Of a DNA stretch of 29,863 nucleotides, positions 9,677 through 18,103 are shown one piece after another. Numbering within the stretch: position 1 is the stretch's first letter; each line of letters begins with the position of its first letter. Under the pieces are notes generated by a model. The model worked only from the letters and a program-made list of their open reading frames with translations, ran no database searches and was not told where the DNA came from. The stretch is from Armatimonadota bacterium (lineage in GTDB: Bacteria; Armatimonadota; SYMT01), in NCBI GenBank assembly GCA_046292385.1, contig JBKBRF010000068.1, forward strand, positions 1 through 29,863, written 5' to 3'. Both the position numbers and the translations under genes were made by a program.

Positions 9677-10732
9677 ATGACCGACCCCACGCCGGCGCCA
9701 AATCATCGTGCGAACGGAGTCAGCCCCGGACAAAGTGGCTGGCTAGCTACCTTCGTCTGGCTGGCAGCCGGCGGAGTGCTGATCTACTGGGGGGTCGGGT
9801 CGCTCACCGCTCTAGGCGGCTGGACCGCCCGCCTCGGCGGGTTGCTGCTCTGCGCCATGGGAATAGTATTGGGGGGCGGCACCATCCTCCACCTCGCAGC
9901 GCTGGCGCGGTTCGGAAAGCCCTACGCAGAGATCGATCCGGGCACCCTCGCGCCCGGCGACACGTTCCACTTCCGCTTTTTACAACCGGTGCGCCTCGCC
10001 TCGCGGCTGCGGGTGACCACAGCCTTCGTGCTGCGGGAGACACGGACTTACGAGCCGCGTGACAGCGACTCGCACCCAGAAGTGAAGCGCTTCGACTCCC
10101 CGGTGGCCGTCTTCGCAGAGCCGGCACGCTTCGTCTCCGCGGAAGAGCAGGTCCTCGTGGAGCACGAGCTTCAGGTGCCGCCGCTGGGAGCGGAAGGCTA
10201 TGTCGTACAGGACGGCGTGCTCTCCTGGGTGGTGAAGGTGCGGCTCCAGTGGGGACAGACCGGCGAGGTGTGGCACGAGTACGACGTTCCGGCGGACGTT
10301 TGCATCACCCCCGAGTCCAGTGCTCCGGCCGACCCCGGCGGCGAAGAGTGCTACGTGGTCACGCTGGTGCGATGTCCCATCACGCGAGTGCTGCGGGTCT
10401 CCCGGGCACTCCAGCAGCTCTTGCCCCACTTCGATCTTCGCGGAGCTGGGGATTTGTGCTCCTCCACACCCGCAGAGGTGCTGCGGAACGTCGATCGGAT
10501 CCGGGCGGAGCGGGCGCGGGAGATGCTGCTCGGGGCCGGGGCGGAGGTGGCGGTCCTTCGGGGTGAGGAGTTGATCCCTCGCCCCGACACTCACCACCTG
10601 CCGATCCCTCGCGAGCAGCCGGACGAGCCCGCCGGCCCGCTGCCGGTGCCGGGTCCGGCCCCCTGCCGGGTAGGCGCGGAGACGCATTCTGATGTTCAAC
10701 AGATGCGATCGGAGCGGCTGCGTCCGGAGTAG
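9677..10732 (+). CDS. Membrane protein (2 TM) with a beta-sandwich domain and a ribosomal L7/L12 C-terminal-like domain
   Basis: Two hydrophobic helices near the N-terminus. 'YVVTL...RVLRVSRALQQL...DLRGAGDLCSSTPAEVLRNVDRIRAERAREMLLGAGAEV' matches the L7/L12 CTD pattern. Confidence 0.65.
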   Translation: MTDPTPAPNHRANGVSPGQSGWLATFVWLAAGGVLIYWGVGSLTALGGWTARLGGLLLCAMGIVLGGGTILHLAALARFGKPYAEIDPGTLAPGDTFHFRFLQPVRLASRLRVTTAFVLRETRTYEPRDSDSHPEVKRFDSPVAVFAEPARFVSAEEQVLVEHELQVPPLGAEGYVVQDGVLSWVVKVRLQWGQTGEVWHEYDVPADVCITPESSAPADPGGEECYVVTLVRCPITRVLRVSRALQQLLPHFDLRGAGDLCSSTPAEVLRNVDRIRAERAREMLLGAGAEVAVLRGEELIPRPDTHHLPIPREQPDEPAGPLPVPGPAPCRVGAETHSDVQQMRSERLRPE

Positions 10733-10768
10733 CTCCCCGCCGCCGGAGTAGCTCCCCGCCGCCGGAGT
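10724..10768 (+). repeat. 19-bp tandem duplication (2.4 copies)
   Basis: CCGGAGTAGCTCCCCGCCG at 10724-10742 and 10743-10761, then CCGGAGT at 10762-10768. Confidence 0.95.
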
Positions 10769-10774
10769 CCTCGA

Positions 10775-11602
10775 ATGCCCTCTCTCCCGCGAAAGCTGCT
10801 GCTGGCCGCGGTGCCGTTCGCCGCTGTACTGGCGGCAGTAGGCTTCGGTGTCCGTTACCTTAGCCCGGTGACCTGGTATCGCTTCCAGGCAGTCTGCGCT
10901 CCACGCAGCGCGGAGGCGTACCTGCGGCTCGGAGACGAGCTGCGGCGGCAATGGGAGGACCTGGACGACGATGAAGACCTGGCACCCTACGCACGTAAGG
11001 CCGCTCTGGTCTACGCACGCGCCGCGAAGCTCGACGGCGGCTCACGACCCTCTCTCTACGGACTCGCCCTCTGCTCCGCTTACGCGGACGATCATCGGAC
11101 CGCAGAGAAAAGCGCGCTGGAGATCACCAGGAAACACCCCGCGCTGGCGGAGAGTTGGGGCTTTCTTGGAGAGATCTACCAGATCGCCGGAGACTACGAG
11201 AAGATGGCCGCGGCGTACCGGCAGGCGCTCGACCGCGGTTTCGCCAACGCGGACCACCCGGCGTACGCCGGCTTCTGCCTCAGCCAGGCGGGCTACTATC
11301 GTGACTCCGCGCGGGCGTACCAGGCGGCGCTGAAGGCGGACCCCTCCTACGAGGTCGACTTCCTGGACTACGGCCGGGCGCTCTATCACGCCGGGGCGTA
11401 CGCGGAGGCCATACCGATCCTCCGGCGGGAGCCACCGGACCTGTATACCTATCCGGAGGCACAGTTCTACCTCGAGTGCGCATCGAAGCGGCTGGGGAGA
11501 GCTCGGGAGGCGTGGCGGCAGGTGATCGAAGAGACTTCCCCAAGGGACCCACTGCACCTCCAGGCGCGAAAGAAGCTCCAGGGCCTCACCGCGGATCGTT
11601 AG
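10775..11602 (+). CDS. Membrane-anchored or secreted tetratricopeptide-repeat protein
   Basis: N-terminal hydrophobic segment; TPR-like units 'AEAYLRLG', 'AESWGFLGEIY...AAYRQAL', 'AYQAALKADP', 'YGRALYHAGAYAEAI'. Confidence 0.85.
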   Translation: MPSLPRKLLLAAVPFAAVLAAVGFGVRYLSPVTWYRFQAVCAPRSAEAYLRLGDELRRQWEDLDDDEDLAPYARKAALVYARAAKLDGGSRPSLYGLALCSAYADDHRTAEKSALEITRKHPALAESWGFLGEIYQIAGDYEKMAAAYRQALDRGFANADHPAYAGFCLSQAGYYRDSARAYQAALKADPSYEVDFLDYGRALYHAGAYAEAIPILRREPPDLYTYPEAQFYLECASKRLGRAREAWRQVIEETSPRDPLHLQARKKLQGLTADR

Positions 11603-11972
11603 AACTTCAATCGGGTGCCCCGCGGCAGGCGCTGCCGACCGTGCCCTCCGGGCGGCACGGGGCAGGTCAGGCCCTCCTCTCACCCATGGGCACCCTGACC
11701 CAACGCGGCTGCGGAGATGCTTCACTGGCGTTCAGAAGAAACTCCGTCCAAAGATTCCCGCGCCTCTCGGCCACCGCTGGGGTAGGCTCCGACCTGTCGC
11801 GCACTCGATCTCGCATCCGAGTCAATCTAAACTCTCAAGCTTCTTGAAGAAGGGGCGGATGTTGAATGCCTATAACCAGCAAGTAGCCCGGTAGATCTTA
11901 CGTCGTTCGAGAGAATGAAGCATTCATCCCTCGTGACCCAAGAGCGGTTTTGTCGATTGAGGAAGCCAGCCC

Positions 11973-14036
11973 ATGGAACTGTCTAGCATCTCGATTGGGA
12001 ACTTCCGATCCTTGGTTGATGTCCACCTGGACAACCTCCAACAGCATAACATCATCATTGGCCGGAACAACTCTGGGAAGTCTACTGTTTTCAGAGCGAT
12101 CTCAACCCTTGCCGCAGTGGGTCGAGGAGCAGCCAATCTAGATCGGGTTCCGACGATGTTGCAACAGAACCGAGTAGTAGAGATTAAACTTCGGTTCAAC
12201 CTGTCACGAAAGCAACGACGTGAGTTCCTGTCTCTCTTCCGCGGCGAGAGTCGACCAGGAGATATCGAAGAGCTTCTATCCTCTCCCTTTCTCTCAAGCT
12301 ACGAGATTCGGTGGAGGAGCCGACCTCATAACGCGGGTGATCTCAACTGTGATCTCACGGCTGTAATTGCAGCGGACGGGGGGTGGGCAAACATTCTTTA
12401 TCAAGAGGAATCGGGGAACCTTCGATACTATGAGTTCGAACGGATGTTTAAGGAACATTACATCCCGACAGCCGCGAACATCTCTTCAAGCTTTCCGGGC
12501 TTTAGCGCCACCACCACATTCCCACGCAACTTCATCGCAGAGAAGCCCCGCCTCACGAAATCGACGCGATGTTGGTTCCTGTTGCAGGCAGCCGAGTGGT
12601 TGTCAAAGTGCTATTTCTTCGACCCGATCCGCCGCTGCACTGGACGAATGAACAGTACAGCAGCGCAAGCTCTCGATCCAAACGGAGGAAACCTCGCACA
12701 ATTCCTGTTTACGCTTTTCCTGAACAGACACGACAAGTTCAAAGAGATCCAGGAGTTCTTCCGATCAGCTTTGTCAGGCGACCTTGATTTATCAACTCCC
12801 ATCGATGGGAGCACTACTCACATCCAGGTGCACTCGAGAGGGCTGGGGGTAGGTTTTTGGCTTGAAGAACTTGGTGGGGGGGGGGTTGAGCAGCTCTTAA
12901 TGGTAGCCGCAGTACTTGCAACTATGACCGATGACCACCCGCTGTTCATCGAAGAGCCCGAGAGCCACCTTCATCCTGGTGCTCAACGATTCCTGATGGA
13001 GCGGCTGGCCTCGGGCGGCAGACAGGTATTCATCACAACGCACTCGCCGACCATCGTCAATTCTCCGCAGGCACACTCGCTTTACCAGACCCAACTCGAA
13101 GATGGTCTCACGAGCGTTCGCCGAGTTGACTCAGCAGAACGAGTGTCGCCGCTACTCACAGACATCGGGGTGCGGAACAGCGATCTCTTCCTCAGTGATG
13201 CTGCTGTGTTTGTGGAAGGTCCTGGCGAAGCGTCTGTCTTGCCCATCCTGGGGCGCGCTGTCGGATTGGATCTCGAAGAGCAGAACATTTCTGTGCTAGT
13301 GATGGGCGGAGGTTTCGCACCCCACGCGAAGATCCGGAGTGAGGTGCTTCATCAGGTTTCGGCGCGAGCTCCTATACCCCATCTTATCGTGCTCGACCGG
13401 GACGAACGGTCTCGTACAGAGATCGCTTCGCTTGCGAGGACGCATGAAGAGACGATCCACGTTCTCGCTCGAAGGGAACTCGAGAATTACCTGCTCGTCC
13501 CACGGGCGATTCGGTCAGCACTCCTTCGGAAGCACGCTGGTGATACTTCTATCGTGGAGAACATCGAGTCGAGCACAGATGAGGATGTCGAGGACCTCAT
13601 TGAAACCGCCATATCCGAACTGCGAGATCAAGTGCTGGTCAAACGGCTTCGCGCAGAAGTAGGTGGGCTTGTGGGAGGACTTCTGCCACGGGAGAGTGCG
13701 CGAGACCTAGTCTCTAGCAGCAACCCGGAGACGTTGGGCCGGGACGCGGAAGAGAAGATCCGGAATCATGTCGAGGGGGCGATTACGGGGCTTCGACTAG
13801 AGGCGCTCGTGAAGGATTTGCAGGAAGAACTCGTGGACGCTTGGGCTGATCCAGAGCGTAGACGGGAGCTCGCTCCGGGGGAAGAGGTGCTTCAGCGTGT
13901 TTTCCAGCACTTCGGCAGCAACTACCGGAAGCCGAAGGATACCGTTCATATCGCGGAGCACCTTGGGGCCGACGATATTGCACCAGAACTCCAAGAGCTG
14001 GTTCGCCGGATCGGAGCACTCATAGAGCCATCCTGA
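11973..14036 (+). CDS. OLD-family / PARIS-like ATP-dependent nuclease (ABC ATPase + TOPRIM), candidate anti-phage protein
   Basis: 'IGNFRSL', Walker A GRNNSGKS, signature LGGGG, Walker B/D-loop FIEEPESHLHP, H-loop ITTHSP. TOPRIM VFVEG, DRD and RRELENYL, then a helical tail. Visibly lower GC than the flanks. Confidence 0.88.
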   Translation: MELSSISIGNFRSLVDVHLDNLQQHNIIIGRNNSGKSTVFRAISTLAAVGRGAANLDRVPTMLQQNRVVEIKLRFNLSRKQRREFLSLFRGESRPGDIEELLSSPFLSSYEIRWRSRPHNAGDLNCDLTAVIAADGGWANILYQEESGNLRYYEFERMFKEHYIPTAANISSSFPGFSATTTFPRNFIAEKPRLTKSTRCWFLLQAAEWLSKCYFFDPIRRCTGRMNSTAAQALDPNGGNLAQFLFTLFLNRHDKFKEIQEFFRSALSGDLDLSTPIDGSTTHIQVHSRGLGVGFWLEELGGGGVEQLLMVAAVLATMTDDHPLFIEEPESHLHPGAQRFLMERLASGGRQVFITTHSPTIVNSPQAHSLYQTQLEDGLTSVRRVDSAERVSPLLTDIGVRNSDLFLSDAAVFVEGPGEASVLPILGRAVGLDLEEQNISVLVMGGGFAPHAKIRSEVLHQVSARAPIPHLIVLDRDERSRTEIASLARTHEETIHVLARRELENYLLVPRAIRSALLRKHAGDTSIVENIESSTDEDVEDLIETAISELRDQVLVKRLRAEVGGLVGGLLPRESARDLVSSSNPETLGRDAEEKIRNHVEGAITGLRLEALVKDLQEELVDAWADPERRRELAPGEEVLQRVFQHFGSNYRKPKDTVHIAEHLGADDIAPELQELVRRIGALIEPS

Positions 14037-14109
14037 CCCTCCGTCAGTTCCCCATAACTCGTGTCCGCTGCGACCCCGCTGCCGCCCCTGTAGGTGAGGA
14101 GGGCGGCGA

Positions 14110-14316
14110 GTGTCGGACCGGTGTTTGCCTGCGGCGCGGGTGCTGTTGTGGCCAGCGGGAGCGGAAGGCTATGCGATCGAGGACGGCTTCGACCTGGTCG
14201 ACGTCGCGGCGCAGCGGCTCCAGGTGGAGCGGGACGCGGGCGGGTACGGCCGCGTCTTCAAGGAGTGGAGCTACGCCTGCAGCTACCGCGAGGAGCGCGT
14301 GCACGCGGGCGACCCG
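14110..14316 (+). pseudogene. Probable gene remnant of unknown function
   Basis: GAGGAGG RBS before GTG 14110. 48 consecutive codons (14173-14316) end in G/C, then codon bias is lost and the frame runs on into the convergent permease without a nearby stop. Confidence 0.55.
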
Positions 14317-14461
14317 CCAGGCGAGGCCCCCCCCAACCGCCGGAACGGGGGGCGCAGCCGGAGCGTGAAAGGGCCGCGGAGGGCCGCTCCGTCTGGTACG
14401 GGCCAGGGGTGGACTCTCGGAATTCGGCTGTGTCTGCGGCTCCGCCACCACACACAGTCGA

Positions 14462-15718
14462 TCATTCCCGCCGGAGCGCTTCGATCGGGTGGAGGCGGGC
14501 GGCTTTCTTGGCGGGCCAGTAGCCGAAGAAGATCCCGATGGCGGCGGAGACGCCGACCGCCACCACCACGCTGGTCACGTTCGGGCTGATCGCCCAGCCG
14601 GAGAAGTGGGCTCCCAGGGCGGAGATGCCGCCGCCGAGCAGCACGCCGAGGATGCCGCCGGCGAGAGAGAGGAGCGCGGACTCGATCAGGAACTGCGCGC
14701 GGATGTTCCCCTCCGTGGCGCCGAGCGCCTTGCGGATGCCGATCTCCCGGGTCCGCTCCGTCACCGAGACGAGCATGATGTTCATGATCCCGATGCCGCC
14801 GACCGTGAGCGAGATCGCCGCGATGCTGGCGAGGAGGGCGGTGAGGGCGCCGGTGACGGTCTGCAGGATCGTGAGGAGCTGCGCCTGGCTCAGGATCATG
14901 AAGTCGTCGTTGTCGGGGAACGGCGGCGCCAGGCGGTGCCGCTGGCGGAGGAGCGAGAGGATCTGCTCCGTGGCGAGGTCCATCATCTCCGCGGAGCGGC
15001 ACTCCACGCTGACGTAGCTCAGGTTGCGCTGGTTCAGCACGCGCGTGAGGGCGGTGCGGAGGGGGATCAGGACGGTGTTGTCCTGGTCGTCTCCAAAGGT
15101 GCTGGTCCCCTTCTCCTTCAGCACGCCGATGACGGTGAACCGGGTGCGGTTGAGCGCCACTTCCTGTCCGACCGGGTTGTAGCTCTTGCTGCCGTAGAGG
15201 TTCAGGACGACGGTCTTGCCGAGCACCACCACCCGGGAGCGGAGGTCGTCGTCCGCCTGGGTGATGGCGCGTCCGCGCTCCACCTCCACGTTGTTCACCG
15301 GAAAGTGGGAGGGGAGCACGCCGGTGAGGGTGGTGCGCCAGTTGTTGTTCAGCGCCTTCACCAGCACGCTGCCCTGCACCCCGGGCGCCACGCGCGCCAC
15401 CGTCTGCGGGCAGCGCTCCAGGATCGCGTCGGCGTCTTCCGGCCGCAGGCTCTGGGTGAGCCCGCCCGGCGCGCCCGGACCCAGGCGCGGGTTGCTGGGG
15501 ACGATGAAGAGCAGGTTGTTGCCGAGCGAGCCGACCGAGGCGGTGATGGTGGCGGTGGCGCCCTGCCCCACCGCGATCGCCGCCACGACGGCCGCGACCC
15601 CGATGACGATGCCGAGGATCGTCAGCGCGGAGCGGAGCTTGTTGTCCCGCACCGCCCGCAGGGCGAAGCGGAACGTATCGAAGGGCGTCATCCGCCCGAT
15701 CAGCTTGGTCTGCAGCAT
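14462..15718 (-). CDS. MacB/FtsX-family ABC transporter permease
   Basis: 'NKLRSALTILGIVIGVAAVV', periplasmic domain, 'GGIGIMNIMLVSVTERTREIGIRKALGA', 'FFGYWPAKKAARLHPIEALRRE'. Start placed at the ATG with a GGAG RBS. Confidence 0.95.
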   Translation of the reverse strand: MLQTKLIGRMTPFDTFRFALRAVRDNKLRSALTILGIVIGVAAVVAAIAVGQGATATITASVGSLGNNLLFIVPSNPRLGPGAPGGLTQSLRPEDADAILERCPQTVARVAPGVQGSVLVKALNNNWRTTLTGVLPSHFPVNNVEVERGRAITQADDDLRSRVVVLGKTVVLNLYGSKSYNPVGQEVALNRTRFTVIGVLKEKGTSTFGDDQDNTVLIPLRTALTRVLNQRNLSYVSVECRSAEMMDLATEQILSLLRQRHRLAPPFPDNDDFMILSQAQLLTILQTVTGALTALLASIAAISLTVGGIGIMNIMLVSVTERTREIGIRKALGATEGNIRAQFLIESALLSLAGGILGVLLGGGISALGAHFSGWAISPNVTSVVVAVGVSAAIGIFFGYWPAKKAARLHPIEALRRE

Positions 15719-15874
15719 CGTCGCTCCGCCCCGCCCGGATCCGGGATCCACTCATCTTACGCGGTCGCGCCCCCATCAGAAAACGGAGTCGGATGCGAGA
15801 GAGTTTCTCACGCATCTGCCGCCGTCTCCTCCCACCGCTTCGGCGAGTGCCAGGAGCATCGCCGCTCGGCGTGA

Positions 15875-15903
15875 TTGACCGTGAATGCGCGCCACCGTAT
15901 AAT
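15875..15903 (+). promoter_or_regulatory. Near-consensus sigma70 promoter of miaB
   Basis: TTGACC (15875-80), 17 nt spacer, TATAAT (15898-903). Confidence 0.8.
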
Positions 15904-15912
15904 CGGCGCACG

Positions 15913-17334
15913 ATGTCCCGCTTTTACATCCAGACCTACGGCTGCCAGATGAATGTGGCCGATACCGACCGCATGGCGGCGCTCCTGGAGCGCGCCGGCG
16001 GCGAGGCGGTCGGCGACCCGGCCGAGGCCGACCTGATCCTGCTGAATACCTGCTCCGTGCGGGAGAAGCCGGAGCTGAAGGTCTACAGCCGTCTGGGCGA
16101 GCTGCGCAAGCTGAAGCGCGCCAACCCGGAGCTGGTGCTCGGCGTCTGCGGCTGCCAGGCCCAGCGGGAAGGCGAAGAGATCCTGCGCGGAGCGCCTTAC
16201 GTCGACCTGGTGCTCGGCACCGCCCACGTGGAGCGGGTGGCGGAGCTGGTGGCGGAGGTGCGGCGGACCGGCCAGCGGATCGTGGCGACCGAGATGCCGA
16301 AGCGCGGCACGCCCTCCTGGATGTCGCCCGACCCGCACATGACGACCGACCTGGTCGACCTGCTCCCCGACGGCGCCGCGCCCGCGCGCGGCAAGCTGAA
16401 GGCGTTCGTCCCCGCCATCCTGGGGTGCGACTTCGCCTGCACCTACTGCATCGTGCCGACCACCCGCGGCCCGGAGCGGAGCCGCCCGGTGAGCACCATC
16501 CTGGGCGAGGTCCGCGCCCTGGCGCAGACCGGCACGAAGGAAGTGATGCTGCTCGGCCAGACGGTCGACGCCTACAAGGCCCACTACCACGCCGACGATC
16601 CCGCCGGCAGCCGCGTCTACACCCTCGCCGACCTGCTCTGGCTGGTGAACGAGGTGGACGGCATCGAGCGGATCCGCTTTACCAGCCCGCACCCGATGCT
16701 GATGCACGACGAGCTGATCGACGCGATCGCGGAGTGCCCCAAGGCGTGCGAGTGGATCCACCTGCCGGTGCAGAGCGGCAGCGACTCCATGCTCAAGCGA
16801 ATGGCCCGCCGCTACAACCGCGCGCGCTACCTGGACCGCATCGAGCGGATCCGTGCCGCGATGCCGCACTGCGCCATCACGACCGACATCATCGTCGGCT
16901 TCCCCGGCGAGACGGAAGAGATGTTCCAGGAGACGCTCTCCCTGGTGGAAGAAGTCCGCTTCGACGGCGCCTACATGTTCGCCTACAGCCCCCGGCCCGG
17001 GACCCCGGCCTACGGATGGGAGAACGAAGTGCCGCAGGAGCCGAAGATCGACCGCCTGAACCGGCTGATCGAGCTGCAGAACCGGATCAGCCTGGAGAAG
17101 AACCAGGAGCAGGTCGGGGGCGTTGCGGAAGTGCTGGTGGAGGGCCCCAGCGACCGCGGCGAGGGGATGTACACCGGCTACACGCGGGAGAACAAGACCT
17201 GCCACCTGCCCGGCCACCCGGGCATGATCGGCAGGCTGGTCCGCGTGCGCACCACCCGCGCGGCCCAGTGGGGCTTCTTCGGTGAGCCGCTGGAGCGGAC
17301 CGCCACCGCGCTGCCCGTCCTCAGCCCCGCCTGA
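15913..17334 (+). CDS. miaB: tRNA-2-methylthio-N6-isopentenyladenosine(37) synthase MiaB
   Basis: UPF0004 domain TYGCQMN / NTCSVREK / GCQAQ; radical SAM motif CDFACTYCIVP; RIRFTSPHP; DIIVGFPGET; YSPRPGTPA; C-terminal TRAM domain. Confidence 0.95.
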   Translation: MSRFYIQTYGCQMNVADTDRMAALLERAGGEAVGDPAEADLILLNTCSVREKPELKVYSRLGELRKLKRANPELVLGVCGCQAQREGEEILRGAPYVDLVLGTAHVERVAELVAEVRRTGQRIVATEMPKRGTPSWMSPDPHMTTDLVDLLPDGAAPARGKLKAFVPAILGCDFACTYCIVPTTRGPERSRPVSTILGEVRALAQTGTKEVMLLGQTVDAYKAHYHADDPAGSRVYTLADLLWLVNEVDGIERIRFTSPHPMLMHDELIDAIAECPKACEWIHLPVQSGSDSMLKRMARRYNRARYLDRIERIRAAMPHCAITTDIIVGFPGETEEMFQETLSLVEEVRFDGAYMFAYSPRPGTPAYGWENEVPQEPKIDRLNRLIELQNRISLEKNQEQVGGVAEVLVEGPSDRGEGMYTGYTRENKTCHLPGHPGMIGRLVRVRTTRAAQWGFFGEPLERTATALPVLSPA

Positions 17335-17352
17335 TCGCGCCCCGGAGACCTC

Positions 17353-17970
17353 ATGCGGACCGCTCTCCCCTCTCTCGTCCTCGCCGGCAGTCTCCTCCTC
17401 GCCTCCTGCACGGGGGGCAGCAAGGGAAAGGCGCCTGCCGGGCCTGCCGCTCCCGCCCAGCCGGTCTCCACCGCCGCGGCGGAAGAGGGCCAGGTCCGCG
17501 TGACGCTGGGAGAGCGGCCGCGAGTCCAGTTCCTGCTCCCCTCCGGCTGGCAGCCGGTCCCGATGAACGCCGGGGAGAGCTCTCGCCTGCCGGACTACCG
17601 CGCGCTGCTCCGTCACACGCCGACTCAGGTGGAGCTGATGTTCTTCGGCTCGTTCCACAAGAGCCAGCGCGAGGCGGAGCAGTGGTACACGAGGCTGCAG
17701 CCGGAGCAGAAGAACAAGACGGCGGAAGGAATGCGCAGCCGCGGCCCCCGCTGGGTGCAGTACGCCGTCACCGACCGCGGCAAGCGGAACCTGGTGCTCA
17801 CCCTCGGCCAGGGCAACTTCGTCGCTTCCGCCAACACCCTCCTGAGCGCGGATGCTCCCCCGGAGACGGCGCAGGCCGCCGAGAAGGCGCTCGAGAGCCT
17901 GCGCGATACCTTCAAGATCGAAGGCGCCGCCCCCACCACGCCGCCCACCGGCAGCGCCCCGCGGAAGTAA
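17353..17970 (+). CDS. Hypothetical lipoprotein
   Basis: Lipobox LLASC (Cys19), Pro/Ala tether, GGAG RBS, host-like codon usage; 18 bp downstream of miaB. Confidence 0.8.
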   Translation: MRTALPSLVLAGSLLLASCTGGSKGKAPAGPAAPAQPVSTAAAEEGQVRVTLGERPRVQFLLPSGWQPVPMNAGESSRLPDYRALLRHTPTQVELMFFGSFHKSQREAEQWYTRLQPEQKNKTAEGMRSRGPRWVQYAVTDRGKRNLVLTLGQGNFVASANTLLSADAPPETAQAAEKALESLRDTFKIEGAAPTTPPTGSAPRK

Positions 17971-17983
17971 GCGGTCGGGACTG

Positions 17984-18004
17984 GGGATGAGGGATGAGGG
18001 ATGA
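17984..18004 (+). repeat. Heptamer tandem repeat (GGGATGA)x3
   Basis: GGGATGAGGGATGAGGGATGA just after the lipoprotein stop. Confidence 0.85.
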
Positions 18005-18103
18005 ATCCGAACCCTTTCCCCGCTGCCGAGACCTGAGCGTACGCTCTGTTTGCGACGGCTTCCTCTTTGCGATGAGCACGGCAGCAGCCGTGACCCCACC
18101 CCA

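Noticed and set aside
6277..9690. Very long antisense and alternative-frame ORFs (e.g. 6277..9690 -, 6762..9680 +, 15808..18159 -, 14283..15911 -, 19916..21478 -)
   Set aside because: Shadow ORFs of high-GC3 genes; low-complexity Arg/Gly/Pro translations with no motifs.
10724..10768. Short repeats considered as a CRISPR array (also 17984-18004 and 21561-21720)
   Set aside because: No unique spacers between repeats and no cas genes.
11603..11972. Possible small partner gene or ncRNA upstream of the OLD-like nuclease (as in retron or Gabija systems)
   Set aside because: Only short ORFs without an RBS or motifs and weak hairpins; no RT or helicase nearby.
10186..14173. Exact 17-bp direct repeat GGGAGCGGAAGGCTATG at 10186-10202 and 14157-14173 bracketing the TPR and OLD genes
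   Set aside because: One copy lies mid-CDS, there is no integrase, and one such match is plausible by chance in 30 kb of high-GC DNA.
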